Made by a program: the position numbers and the translations under genes. From positions 552,864 to 576,863 of the forward strand of contig CP059430.1 in assembly GCA_013874835.1 (NCBI GenBank): DNA of 24,000 bases, in the 5' to 3' direction. Each line of letters starts with the position of its first letter. Within the stretch, counting starts at the first letter, position 1. Origin of the DNA: Carnobacteriaceae bacterium zg-84 (lineage in GTDB: Bacteria > Bacillota > Bacilli > Lactobacillales > Aerococcaceae). Under the pieces are notes generated by a model that searched no databases, was not told where the DNA came from, and saw nothing but the letters and a program-made list of their open reading frames with translations. Below, piece after piece: positions 1 to 8,918 of the stretch.

Positions 1-1
1 C

Positions 2-1984
2 GTGAACGATGGAGATGAGAAACACGACGGCACCAATCCGTTGGTTCCAGACAGTGACGGAGATGGTGTCAATGATAGTGACGAAAAACATGACGGTACA
101 AACCCATTGGAACCAGACAGTGACGGTGACGGAGTGAACGATGGTGACGAAAAACACGATGGTACCAATCCGTTAGTTAAAGATAGTGATGGCGATGGTG
201 TCAATGATGGAGATGAGAAACACGATGGCACAAACCCAATGGCTCCAGACAGTGACAGCGATGGCGTCAATGATGGAGATGAAAAGCACGACGGCACCAA
301 TCCGTTAGTTCCAGACAGTGACGGAGATGGCGTCAACGATGGTGATGAAAAACATGACGGTACAAACCCAATGGTTCCGGATAGTGACGGTGATGGCGTC
401 AATGACGGCGACGAGAAACACGACGGCACGAACCCAATGGCTCCAGACAGTGACAATGACGGTGTAACCGACGATGACGAAAAGCACGACGGCACCAATC
501 CGCTAGTTCCAGATAGTGACGGCGATGGTGTCAATGATGGTGACGAGAAACACGATGGTACCAATCCGCTAGTTCCAGATAGTGACGGCGATGGTGTCAA
601 CGATGGTGATGAAAAACACGATGGCACAAACCCAATGGCTCCAGACAGTGACGGCGACGGCGTGAACGATGGCGATGAGAAACATGATGGTACAAACCCA
701 ATGGCTCCAGATAGTGATGGCGATGGCGTGAACGACAGCGACGAGAAACACGACAGTACGAATCCGTTAGTTCCAGATAGTGACGGCGATGGCGTCAACG
801 ATGGTGACGAGAAACATGACGGTACAAACCCATTGGAACCAGATAGTGACGGTGATGGTGTAAACGACGGCGACGAGAAACACGATGGCACGAATCCGTT
901 GGTTTCAGACAGTGATAATGATGGTGTCAACGATGGTGACGAAAAACATGATGGCACGAATCCAATGGCTCCAGATAGTGACAATGACGGTGTAAACGAT
1001 GGAGAAGAAAAACACGACGGCACAAACCCAATGGTTCCAGATAGTGACGGTGACGGAGTAGACGATGGCGATGAGAAACACGACGGTACCAATCCGTTAG
1101 TTCCAGACAGTGACAGCGATGGCGTCAACGATGGAGAAGAAAAACATGATGGCACAAACCCAATGGCTCCAGATAGTGACGGCGACGGAGTAACTGACGG
1201 CGATGAAAAACACGACGGCACAAACCCAATGGCTCCAGACAGTGACAATGACGGTGTAAACGATGGAGATGAAAAACATGATGGTACAAACCCATTGGAA
1301 CCAGACAGTGACGGTGACGGCGTGACCGATGGAGATGAGAAACACGACGGCACGAATCCGTTAGTTCCAGACAGTGACGGCGATGGTGTAACCGACGGTG
1401 ACGAGAAACACGACGGCACAAACCCAATGGCTCCAGATAGTGACGGCGATGGTGTAAATGATGGAGAAGAAAAACATGATGGTACCAATCCGTTAGTTCC
1501 AGATAGTGACGGCGATGGCGTGAACGATGGAGATGAAAAACACGACGGTACCAATCCGTTAGTTCCAGACAGTGATGGCGACGGAGTGAACGATGGAGAT
1601 GAAAAACATGATGGTACAAACCCATTGGCTCCAGATAGTGATGGTGACGGCGTGAACGACGGAGATGAAAAACACGATGGTACCAATCCGCTAGTTCCAG
1701 ACAGTGACGGCGATGGCGTCAACGATGGCGATGAGAAACACGACGGCACGAATCCGTTAGTTCCGGATAGTGACAATGACGGTGTGACCGACGGAGATGA
1801 AAAACACGATGGTACCAATCCGCTAGTTCCAGACAGTGACGGCGATGGCGTAAACGATGGAGATGAAAAACATGATGGTACGAATCCGTTGGTTCCAGAC
1901 AGTGACGGAGATGGCGTCAACGATGGTGACGAGAAACACGATGGTACCAATCCGCTAGTTCCGGATAGTGACGGAGATGGCGTA
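2..1984 (+). repeat. In-frame tandem repeat array, 66-bp unit, about 30 copies, truncated by the window edge; one degenerate 31st copy follows to about 2022.
   Basis: I counted 30 consecutive 22-aa units in the translation. Copies are conserved at protein level but differ at many synonymous sites. Confidence 0.95.
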
Positions 1985-2530
1985 TCTGATAAAGAGGAAA
2001 AAGAAAAAGGAAGTAATCCAAATGATGCGGCATCTATACCGGTAATAAAACCATCTCCAAGTGTTCCGACAATATCAGATCAAACAACACCTGTATATGT
2101 TCCGAAAGTAGCAAAACCAGGTGAAGAAATAACGGTAATAAATGAGGGATCGTCATTACCTAAAGGTATGACTGTAGAAATAGGGGAACCAAGTTTAGAG
2201 GGCAAAATAGTTCATGTTGATAAAAATGGGCGTATTACAGTCAAAGTACCAGATGAAACACCAGTAGGTACAATCATCAAGATACCAGTAACAATTACTT
2301 ATCCAGATGGTTCATCAGATGGTGTATCAATAACAATCACTGTTACAAATACTAAAGGATATGATGCATCAAAATATAGCCAATTCGAATCAAAAGATCA
2401 AACACAATCTCAAAATGAGGAAAAAATATTACCGCATACAGGGGAGAAATATTCAGATTTATCCTTATTAGGTGTTGCTCTTACTGTATTTGGAGTAGGG
2501 TTGAAACGGAGACGTTATGACAAAAAATAA
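2..2530 (+). CDS. Cell-wall-anchored (LPXTG-type) surface protein, C-terminal part; the 5' end lies outside the window. About 30 tandem 22-aa acidic Ca-binding repeats, one Rib-like YPDG domain, and a sortase signal.
   Basis: The ORF is open from the window edge. The unit NDGDEKHDGTNP[LM][VAE]PDSD[GSN]DGV repeats about 30 times and fits the DxDxDGxxDxxD/E thrombospondin type-3 calcium-binding pattern. A 'VTITYPDGSSDGVSITITV' motif (YPDG at 2300-2311) is typical of Rib/alpha-like surface domains. The C-terminus has LPHTG (2429-2443), the hydrophobic segment LSLLGVALTVFGVGL and a KRRRYDKK tail. Confidence 0.9.
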   Translation: MNDGDEKHDGTNPLVPDSDGDGVNDSDEKHDGTNPLEPDSDGDGVNDGDEKHDGTNPLVKDSDGDGVNDGDEKHDGTNPMAPDSDSDGVNDGDEKHDGTNPLVPDSDGDGVNDGDEKHDGTNPMVPDSDGDGVNDGDEKHDGTNPMAPDSDNDGVTDDDEKHDGTNPLVPDSDGDGVNDGDEKHDGTNPLVPDSDGDGVNDGDEKHDGTNPMAPDSDGDGVNDGDEKHDGTNPMAPDSDGDGVNDSDEKHDSTNPLVPDSDGDGVNDGDEKHDGTNPLEPDSDGDGVNDGDEKHDGTNPLVSDSDNDGVNDGDEKHDGTNPMAPDSDNDGVNDGEEKHDGTNPMVPDSDGDGVDDGDEKHDGTNPLVPDSDSDGVNDGEEKHDGTNPMAPDSDGDGVTDGDEKHDGTNPMAPDSDNDGVNDGDEKHDGTNPLEPDSDGDGVTDGDEKHDGTNPLVPDSDGDGVTDGDEKHDGTNPMAPDSDGDGVNDGEEKHDGTNPLVPDSDGDGVNDGDEKHDGTNPLVPDSDGDGVNDGDEKHDGTNPLAPDSDGDGVNDGDEKHDGTNPLVPDSDGDGVNDGDEKHDGTNPLVPDSDNDGVTDGDEKHDGTNPLVPDSDGDGVNDGDEKHDGTNPLVPDSDGDGVNDGDEKHDGTNPLVPDSDGDGVSDKEEKEKGSNPNDAASIPVIKPSPSVPTISDQTTPVYVPKVAKPGEEITVINEGSSLPKGMTVEIGEPSLEGKIVHVDKNGRITVKVPDETPVGTIIKIPVTITYPDGSSDGVSITITVTNTKGYDASKYSQFESKDQTQSQNEEKILPHTGEKYSDLSLLGVALTVFGVGLKRRRYDKK
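2429..2527 (+). other. Sortase A-type cell-wall sorting signal: LPHTG motif, transmembrane segment and positively charged tail.
   Basis: TTA CCG CAT ACA GGG encodes LPHTG at 2429-2443. About 20 hydrophobic residues and RRRYDKK follow, directly before the stop codon. Confidence 0.9.
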
Positions 2531-2699
2531 TAAAAATAATTCTTTAGAAAATACGAAATGGATTGATTATACATGTAGCCGTACCTTTATATGTGCTAGA
2601 TGTGGAGATAAAGTGACAACACGAGAAGGTGTTGTTGATAAACGTGTTAAATTTTGTAGTGCACTATGTCGTAGAAGATATTGGCGACATAAAAAATAA
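2517..2699 (+). CDS. Small (60 aa) basic Cys-rich putative zinc-ribbon protein (CxxC...FCSxxC, TRASH/FCS-like).
   Basis: The ATG at 2517 overlaps the last 14 nt of the surface-protein gene and is preceded by GGAGA (2508-2512). The Cys pattern is C27-x2-C30-x16-C47-x3-C51, with an RRRYWRHKK tail. The only terminator for this unit lies after this ORF (2748-2790), not after the LPXTG gene stop. No family is assigned from memory. Confidence 0.5.
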   Translation: MTKNNKNNSLENTKWIDYTCSRTFICARCGDKVTTREGVVDKRVKFCSALCRRRYWRHKK

Positions 2700-2747
2700 T
2701 TGACATAAAGAATGTATTTATGATGACTAGCAAATAAATACTAGAAA

Positions 2748-2790
2748 GTCGGGCTAATCGTTTTGAGAGGATTAGCCCGACTTATTATGT
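2748..2790 (+). terminator. Rho-independent terminator.
   Basis: Perfect 12-bp stem GTCGGGCTAATC (2748-2759) / GATTAGCCCGAC (2770-2781) with a 10-nt loop, followed by TTATTATGTT. Confidence 0.85.
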
Positions 2791-2840
2791 TCGGAAATCG
2801 TTATTATATAAACAATCTGGATTGTTTTTGAAGTAATTTA

Positions 2841-2849
2841 TGTTATACT
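2841..2849 (+). promoter_or_regulatory. Extended -10 sigma-A promoter element (TGtTATACT) for nfo-zur.
   Basis: TG at 2841-2842 and TATACT at 2844-2849, about 30 nt upstream of the nfo ATG. There is no good -35 hexamer. Confidence 0.5.
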
Positions 2850-2879
2850 TTACTTAAAACTGATTTATGGAGGCAGAGT

Positions 2880-3776
2880 ATGCTTTTATTAGGTTCTCAT
2901 GTATCAATGAATGGAAAAGATATGTTATTGGGATCTGCAAAAGAAGCGCACATGTATGCGGCAACAACAATGATGATTTATACAGGTGCACCCCAAAATA
3001 CACGTAGAAAACCTATTGAAGAATTAAATATAGATAAAGGTAAAGCAGCGTTAGAACAATTTGGTATTTCAAATATTGTGGTACATGCACCATATATTAT
3101 TAACTTAGGAAATACAATTAAAAACGATCATTTTGAATTTGCTGTTGAATTTTTAAGAGAAGAAATCAAGCGTGCGACAGCTCTAGGTGCAACGCAAATC
3201 ACGATGCATCCAGGAGCACATGTAGGTGCCGGTTCACAAGTAGCTATTAGGCGTTTGATTGAAGGTTTAAATTTAGCCTTAGATAGTGATCAAGTGCCAC
3301 AAATTGCTTTAGAAACAATGGCGGGTAAAGGTACTGAAATCGGTAGAAGTTTTGAGGAGCTAGCAGATATTATTGCAGGTGTGACACATAATCATAAATT
3401 GTCGGTGACATTAGATACATGTCATACACATGATGCAGGCTATAATATTAAAGATGATTTTGACGGTGTTTTAAACGAGTTTGATAAAGTTATAGGTTTA
3501 GATAAACTAAAAGTCATTCATGTGAATGATTCTAAAAATGTACGAGGTGCTAAAAAAGATAGACATGCTAATATAGGGTTTGGAGAAATTGGATTTGATG
3601 CGTTACATTATGTGGTGCATCATCCACAATTAGTCGCTTTACCTAAAATTTTAGAAACACCGTATGTTCAAGTTGGAGAGGATAAAAAAAATACACGTCC
3701 ACCTTATAAACACGAAATTGCCATGTTACGAAGTGGACAATTTAATCCACATTTATTAGAGGAAATTGTGCAATAG
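2880..3776 (+). CDS. nfo: Endonuclease IV (deoxyribonuclease IV, AP endonuclease, TIM-barrel xylose-isomerase-like fold).
   Basis: The N-terminus 'LLGSHVS...' and the motifs '[10 protein letters not shown]', 'HPGAH', '[10 protein letters not shown]', 'DTCH..DAGY', 'HVNDSK' and 'DRHANIG' match the Nfo family. Length is 298 aa. GGAGG sits at 2869-2873. Confidence 0.93.
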   Translation: MLLLGSHVSMNGKDMLLGSAKEAHMYAATTMMIYTGAPQNTRRKPIEELNIDKGKAALEQFGISNIVVHAPYIINLGNTIKNDHFEFAVEFLREEIKRATALGATQITMHPGAHVGAGSQVAIRRLIEGLNLALDSDQVPQIALETMAGKGTEIGRSFEELADIIAGVTHNHKLSVTLDTCHTHDAGYNIKDDFDGVLNEFDKVIGLDKLKVIHVNDSKNVRGAKKDRHANIGFGEIGFDALHYVVHHPQLVALPKILETPYVQVGEDKKNTRPPYKHEIAMLRSGQFNPHLLEEIVQ

Positions 3777-3786
3777 GAGGTAACGC

Positions 3787-4242
3787 ATGGAAGAAGTACA
3801 ACGTGCCATAGCACTGATGAAAGCAAAAGGCTATAAAAACACGCCAAAGCGTCAAGCAATGTTAGAAGTAATTGCCAAAGCAGAGAGATTTATTACTGCT
3901 AAAGATGTTCAAGAAGCATTAAAAGATACTTACAAAGGGTTGAGTTATGATACGATTTATCGTAATTTATATACCTTTGTGGAGCAAGGTATTCTTGAAT
4001 CGAGTGAAAGAAATGGAGAAAAGGTGTTCTTGATGCATTGTTCGACACATAAGCATCATCACCATTTCATTTGTGATCGCTGTGAAAAAATCACAGAAAT
4101 TGAAATGTGTCCAATGGATTATTTTATGAATCAATTACCGGGATATGAAATTTCAGGACATCGCTTTGAAATAACAGGATTATGTCCAGAATGTGCAAAA
4201 AATAAATTGCCTAAATTAAAATTTGTTTTAAACGAAGTGTAA
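3787..4242 (+). CDS. zur: Fur-family metalloregulator, most similar to the zinc uptake regulator Zur.
   Basis: 'GLSYDTIYRNL', 'HHHHFICDRCEKITEIEMCP', 'GHRFEITGLCPEC' and the overall layout resemble Bacillus and Staphylococcus Zur as I recall them. AGGAGG lies 6 nt upstream. The subfamily call (Zur rather than PerR or Fur) is from memory. Confidence 0.8.
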   Translation: MEEVQRAIALMKAKGYKNTPKRQAMLEVIAKAERFITAKDVQEALKDTYKGLSYDTIYRNLYTFVEQGILESSERNGEKVFLMHCSTHKHHHHFICDRCEKITEIEMCPMDYFMNQLPGYEISGHRFEITGLCPECAKNKLPKLKFVLNEV

Positions 4243-4275
4243 TGGTGAGGTCGAACAAAAGAAAAGGGTGTACAC

Positions 4276-5928
4276 ATGGTATCTTATTTAGATGACAAAA
4301 CATGTTTGTTGATCAATGAGTTACTGAAACAAAAAAATCCGATTTCTGTAACAGAATTGGCGAGACAATTAGGATTGTCTAGGCGAGTCGTTTATTATCA
4401 TTTAGAGAAAATAAACGACGTTTTAGATGAACAACATTTGCCAAAAATAGTCAATAAACAAAAAATTGGCATTTTATTAACTGTTAAACAAAAACAATAT
4501 ATACAAACAGTATTGAAAACAAAAGATGTTAGCTATATTTTAAGTACAGAAGAACGTCAGTTATTATTGATGTTTTATATTGCAACAACACCGTCAAAAA
4601 TTACCATTCAGCAACTGATGTCGATTTCTCAGTCATCACGCAATACAATTTTAAATGATTTAACATCTATTCGAGAATACTTACAAAACAGTATTCATGA
4701 CATTTCGATGTCGGTCAATAAAAAAGATGGGTACCATTTTATTGCAAAAGGAAATGTTGCCATTGAATTTATGTATGCCTTATTTATTCAAATTTTCCAA
4801 TCGAAAAATGAGATATTTATTAGCATGATAAAAGAGATGTTACACGGTAATGATATGTCGGAGTGTTTGTTGTCAGATGCGTTTAGAATACAGTTGTATC
4901 AGGCTATCAAGAAAATAGAAAAAGAAATCGGTAAAAACTTTATTGATAAAGACTTAAGACATATGGTGGATGTATATCCCTATTTGATATTGGGTTTAAA
5001 AAATGTGTCAAATCATCATATAGAAGAAAACCTAAAAGAAGTTTTTGTGAGATTAGAGTATCGTTTTGCTATGAAAGTCATGTTGGAAATGGAAAAAATA
5101 TTTCATATCAATTTTTCTATTGCCGATATTTATGTTGCAGCATTGATGCTTTTATCAAGTAGAAAGGACTATGACAAGCATTTATTAAGTAAAGATTATC
5201 AACAATTATCGCAATATTTAGTATTATTTGTGGAAGCTTTTGAAAAACAAGCACGTATTGAATTGACATATAAAGAGGCATTATGCGAACGATTATTGGT
5301 ACATTTTAAAGTGCTAATATACCGTAAAAAATACAATGTTTTTACAAAAAATCCATTAAAAGATGATATTAAAAAGAAATATAAAGATTTATTTATTATT
5401 GTCAAAACATGTGTACCGTTATTAGAAGAAAAAATGAACATTCATTTAAACGATGATGATATTTCATATTTGACTGTTCATTTTGGTGGGGCTTTACAAA
5501 AGGAAAGAAAAAAAGTACATTTATACCGAATGGTATTATTGACAGATGAAGGGGTAGGAATACAAGATTTACTAATCCGTCAGTGTAAAACATATATTTC
5601 TCAACTAGAACATGTTGCCACTGTTTCAAAAATAGAGGATATTCCTCAAGATGTATCCATTGATTTTATTGTAACAACGATTCATGATGTCGTCGTCGAT
5701 AAACCATGTGTGTTAGTAAATCCTATTTTTCAAGTACAAGATATTATTCACTTGTTGCAAGTGAGTTCAGGATATAGATTATCAAACATGAATGAGTGTG
5801 TTGCTACACAACTTCATCAAGTATTAGCAAACTATATTCCAAATCAACAGCAACGAGAAAATGCTGTTATAGATATTCAAAATGTATTAGATAAAGAGTT
5901 AATGATTGATAAAGAAACACTTGATTAG
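4276..5928 (+). CDS. HTH + PRD-domain sugar-operon transcriptional regulator (BglG/LicR/MtlR-type activator family), probably the ascorbate (ula) operon regulator.
   Basis: There is an N-terminal winged-helix region ('[25 protein letters not shown]'). PRD-like segments carry conserved His ('LLVHFKVL', '[12 protein letters not shown]'). The C-terminus has an EIIB(Gat)-like segment, '[15 protein letters not shown]'. The gene lies directly upstream of the ula genes, as in streptococcal ula operons. Confidence 0.75.
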   Translation: MVSYLDDKTCLLINELLKQKNPISVTELARQLGLSRRVVYYHLEKINDVLDEQHLPKIVNKQKIGILLTVKQKQYIQTVLKTKDVSYILSTEERQLLLMFYIATTPSKITIQQLMSISQSSRNTILNDLTSIREYLQNSIHDISMSVNKKDGYHFIAKGNVAIEFMYALFIQIFQSKNEIFISMIKEMLHGNDMSECLLSDAFRIQLYQAIKKIEKEIGKNFIDKDLRHMVDVYPYLILGLKNVSNHHIEENLKEVFVRLEYRFAMKVMLEMEKIFHINFSIADIYVAALMLLSSRKDYDKHLLSKDYQQLSQYLVLFVEAFEKQARIELTYKEALCERLLVHFKVLIYRKKYNVFTKNPLKDDIKKKYKDLFIIVKTCVPLLEEKMNIHLNDDDISYLTVHFGGALQKERKKVHLYRMVLLTDEGVGIQDLLIRQCKTYISQLEHVATVSKIEDIPQDVSIDFIVTTIHDVVVDKPCVLVNPIFQVQDIIHLLQVSSGYRLSNMNECVATQLHQVLANYIPNQQQRENAVIDIQNVLDKELMIDKETLD

Positions 5929-5954
5929 TGCTCTTTGTTCATCATTTCCTAATC

Positions 5955-6000
5955 AGTCCAAATATGTACACTACTGTGTGCTTTATTTGGACTTTTTTAT
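5955..6000 (+). terminator. Rho-independent terminator between the regulator gene and ulaG.
   Basis: Perfect 10-bp stem AGTCCAAATA (5955-5964) / TATTTGGACT (5984-5993) with a 19-nt loop, followed by TTTTTAT. Confidence 0.7.
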
Positions 6001-6053
6001 TATGTAAAAGGGAATATACTAAACTTATAGTAAAACATTTTGGAGGTATAAAA

Positions 6054-7145
6054 ATGGGAAAAGCACATGAAATAACTCGTGAAAGTTGGATTTTAAGCAC
6101 CTTTCCTGAATGGGGGACATGGTTAAATGAAGAAATAGAAAATGAGGTTGTGCCTGAAAATCAAGTAGCAATGTGGTGGTTAGGCTGCGTTGGTATTTGG
6201 ATTAAAACACCAGCAGGAGCAAATATCTGTATGGATTTATGGTGTAGTCGTGGAAAAAATACAAAGAAAGTAAAAGATATGGTACGTGGGCATCAAATGG
6301 CTAATATGGCAGGGGTTCGTAAATTACAACCGAATTTAAGAGCACAGCCAATGGTATTAGATCCATTCGCTATAAATGAAGTGGACTTTATTTTGGCATC
6401 ACATTATCATAGCGATCATATTGATGTGAATGTTGCAGCAGCTATTATCAATAATCCAAAATTAGACCATGTGAAGTTTGTAGGGCCGTGGCATTGTACA
6501 CGCCTTTGGAAAGAGTGGGGTGTGCCAGAAGATAGATTGATTACAGTGAAACCGGGTGATACGGTTGAATTGAAAGATATAAAAATTCATGCACTGGATT
6601 CATTTGACCGTACATGCTTAGTCACACTACCAGTGGAAGGAGCTGAGGAACAAAACGGAGAGCTTGCAGGTCTTTGTCCGTCTGATGAAGAAATGGGGCG
6701 TAAAGCGGTGAACTATGTTTTTGAAACGCCAGGAGGTACGATTTATCATGGTGCAGATTCACATTATTCCATTCAATTTGCCAAACATGGTAAACAATTC
6801 GATATTGACGTGGCATTAAATAATTATGGTGAAAATCCAGTAGGAATTGCGGATAAGATGACATCTATTGATTTATTACGTATGGCTGAGTGCTTACGTA
6901 CAAATGTTATCATTCCAGTACATCATGATATTTGGACAAACTTTATGGCAAGTACACAAGAAATTATTGATTTATGGCGCATGCGTAAAGATAGATTACA
7001 ATATACTTTCCATCCATTCATTTGGGAGGTTGGTGGAAAATATGTTTATCCACGAGATAAAGATTTAATCGAATATCATCACCCAAGAGGATTTGATGAT
7101 TGCTTTGAACAAGAGCCAAATATTCAATTTAAATCAATGTTATAA
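6054..7145 (+). CDS. ulaG: L-ascorbate-6-phosphate lactonase (metallo-beta-lactamase fold).
   Basis: '[27 protein letters not shown]...' and the 'SHYHSDHID' metal motif are typical of UlaG. I chose the ATG at 6054 (GGAGG at 6042-6046, 7-nt spacing) rather than the track start at 5928, which runs through the terminator. Confidence 0.92.
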   Translation: MGKAHEITRESWILSTFPEWGTWLNEEIENEVVPENQVAMWWLGCVGIWIKTPAGANICMDLWCSRGKNTKKVKDMVRGHQMANMAGVRKLQPNLRAQPMVLDPFAINEVDFILASHYHSDHIDVNVAAAIINNPKLDHVKFVGPWHCTRLWKEWGVPEDRLITVKPGDTVELKDIKIHALDSFDRTCLVTLPVEGAEEQNGELAGLCPSDEEMGRKAVNYVFETPGGTIYHGADSHYSIQFAKHGKQFDIDVALNNYGENPVGIADKMTSIDLLRMAECLRTNVIIPVHHDIWTNFMASTQEIIDLWRMRKDRLQYTFHPFIWEVGGKYVYPRDKDLIEYHHPRGFDDCFEQEPNIQFKSML

Positions 7146-7174
7146 AAATAAATAAAAAGAAAGAGGGAAATACA

Positions 7175-8614
7175 GTGGATATCGTTAAAGGATTGATAGA
7201 GTTCTTCTCTAAAAACATATTACAAAAACCTGAGTTTTTTGTAGGGTTACTCGTTATTATTGGTTATTTATTATTAAGGAAACCATTACATGAAGTTTTT
7301 GCAGGATTTGTAAAAGCAACAGTAGGATATATGTTATTAAATGTTGGTGCCGCAGGATTGGTTGTGACGTTTAGACCGATTTTGGCAGCACTCAATCAAA
7401 AATTCCAATTAAATGCGGCCGTTATTGATCCGTATTTTGGATTGGCTTCTGTCAATAGTTCTTTAAAAGAAACATTACCTGATTTTGTTAGTGTTGCGAC
7501 AACAGCGCTATTGATTGGTTTTTTAGTGAATATTGTTTTAGTACTATTTAGAAAAATTACAAAAGTACGTACACTGTTTATTACAGGTCATATTATGTTG
7601 CAACAAGCAACAACAATCTCATGGATTATTTTATTCTTAGTACCTGAATTACGTAATCAAATGGGTGTATTAGTTATCGGATTATTATGTGGTTTGTATT
7701 GGTCTGTAACATCTAACTTAACAGTTGAAGCAACACAACATTTAACAGGTGGTGCAGGATTTGCCGTTGGGCACCAACAACAATTAGCTGTTTGGGTAAC
7801 AGATAAATTGGCGGCAAAAGTAGGGGATCCTAAAAAAGGATTAGATGATTTGAAATTACCTAATTTCTTATCTATTTTCCATGACAACGTTGTTGCATCT
7901 GCAACATTGATGTTATTATTCTTCGGTTCTATTTTAACGATTTTAGGTCCAGATATTTTAACAAATAAAGATATTGTTGGGAATGCGGTGTTTGATCCTA
8001 AAAAACAAGAATTCTTTATGTACATTATTTCAACAGCATTAACATTCTCTGTTTATTTAGTGATTTTAATGACAGGGGTACGTATGTTTGTTTCTGAATT
8101 GACACAATCATTCCAAGGTATTTCAAATAAATTATTATCTGGTTCAGTACCTGCTGTGGACTGTGCAGCAACATATGGATTTGGTTCACCTAATGCCGTG
8201 TTATTCGGATTCGTATCCGGTGCTATTGGACAATTTATCACAATTGGTTTGATGATTTTATTCCAAAGTCCAGTCTTAATTATTACTGGTTTTGTACCTG
8301 TATTCTTTGATAATGCAACGATTGCCGTGTTTGCCAATAAACGTGGTGGTGCTAAAGCAGCTATTTTATTCCCGTTTCTTTCAGGGATACTACAAGTTGT
8401 CGGTGGTGCATTAGCGGTTATGCTATTACATTTAAAAGGTGGATATCATGGAAATATCGACTTCACAACAGCATGGGTCGGTGCAAGTGGATTATTTAGT
8501 GTATCTGGTATTATCGGTATTGTCTTAATCGTATTAGGATTTTTAGCAATCCCACAATTACAGTACTTGAAAGCAAAAGACAAACAAAAATATTATGAAT
8601 CACAAGTTCAATAG
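7175..8614 (+). CDS. ulaA: PTS ascorbate-specific EIIC permease (SgaT/UlaA family).
   Basis: A 479-aa polytopic membrane protein with the UlaA-like N-terminus 'IVKGLIEFFSKNILQKPEFFVGLLV'. GTG start with GAGGG at 7163-7167. It sits in the ula gene context. Confidence 0.9.
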   Translation: MDIVKGLIEFFSKNILQKPEFFVGLLVIIGYLLLRKPLHEVFAGFVKATVGYMLLNVGAAGLVVTFRPILAALNQKFQLNAAVIDPYFGLASVNSSLKETLPDFVSVATTALLIGFLVNIVLVLFRKITKVRTLFITGHIMLQQATTISWIILFLVPELRNQMGVLVIGLLCGLYWSVTSNLTVEATQHLTGGAGFAVGHQQQLAVWVTDKLAAKVGDPKKGLDDLKLPNFLSIFHDNVVASATLMLLFFGSILTILGPDILTNKDIVGNAVFDPKKQEFFMYIISTALTFSVYLVILMTGVRMFVSELTQSFQGISNKLLSGSVPAVDCAATYGFGSPNAVLFGFVSGAIGQFITIGLMILFQSPVLIITGFVPVFFDNATIAVFANKRGGAKAAILFPFLSGILQVVGGALAVMLLHLKGGYHGNIDFTTAWVGASGLFSVSGIIGIVLIVLGFLAIPQLQYLKAKDKQKYYESQVQ

Positions 8615-8628
8615 TGGAGGAATTATAT

Positions 8629-8913
8629 ATGTTAAAAGTATTAGCAGCCTGTGGTAACGGAATGGGCAGTTCAATGGTTGTCAAAATGAAAGTAGAAATG
8701 GCACTTCGTAAAATGGGTGTGTCTGATTTTAAAACAGACTCTTGTTCTATTGCTGAAGCAAAAGGAATGGCAAGTCAATATGATGTTGTCATTGCATCAA
8801 AACATTTGATTTCTGAATTACAAGGACGTACACAAGGTCATCTTGTTGGTTTGGATAATTTAATGGACGATAAAGAAATTTCTGAAAAATTATCAGAAGT
8901 ATTACATGTATAA
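8629..8913 (+). CDS. ulaB: PTS ascorbate-specific EIIB component.
   Basis: 'MLKVLAACGNGMGSSMVVKMK' carries the EIIB Cys P-loop. I preferred the ATG at 8629 (GGAGG at 8616-8620) to the GTG at 8614 used in the track. Confidence 0.9.
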   Translation: MLKVLAACGNGMGSSMVVKMKVEMALRKMGVSDFKTDSCSIAEAKGMASQYDVVIASKHLISELQGRTQGHLVGLDNLMDDKEISEKLSEVLHV

Positions 8914-8918
8914 AATAT

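Noticed and set aside
305-1625. Minus-strand ORFs inside the repeat array (305-487, 569-751, 1097-1345, and 1125-1625 with a His/Arg-rich product).
   Set aside because: They are the reverse-complement reading of a periodic, stop-free coding repeat. Their products are low-complexity and repeat with the same 66-bp period. The + strand frame carries a complete, recognisable LPXTG protein.
2-1984. Whether the regular 66-bp repeat could be a CRISPR-like array or a satellite.
   Set aside because: There are no unique spacers between the repeats. The units are contiguous, in frame and conserved at protein level, and they continue into a sorting signal. It is a coding tandem repeat.
2795-2815. Possible Zur box upstream of nfo-zur (AAATCGTTATTATATAAACAA).
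   Set aside because: Only the left half (AAATCGT) matches the Firmicutes Zur-box consensus AAATCGTAATnATTACGATTT as I recall it. The right half has no dyad symmetry, so this is not enough to call a site.
5928-6053. N-terminal extension of ulaG in the ORF track (start at 5928).
   Set aside because: The extension runs through a terminator hairpin (5955-6000) and encodes an un-UlaG-like hydrophobic peptide. The ATG at 6054 has a GGAGG at ideal spacing and yields a canonical UlaG N-terminus.
5199-8337. Antisense or alternate-frame ORFs within the regulator, ulaG and ulaA (5199-5441-, 5402-5629-, 6622-6864-, 6868-7068+, 7657-8025-, 8053-8337-).
   Set aside because: They lie entirely inside well-supported + strand genes, have no Shine-Dalgarno sequence, and give low-complexity AT-rich-codon products with no recognisable motifs.
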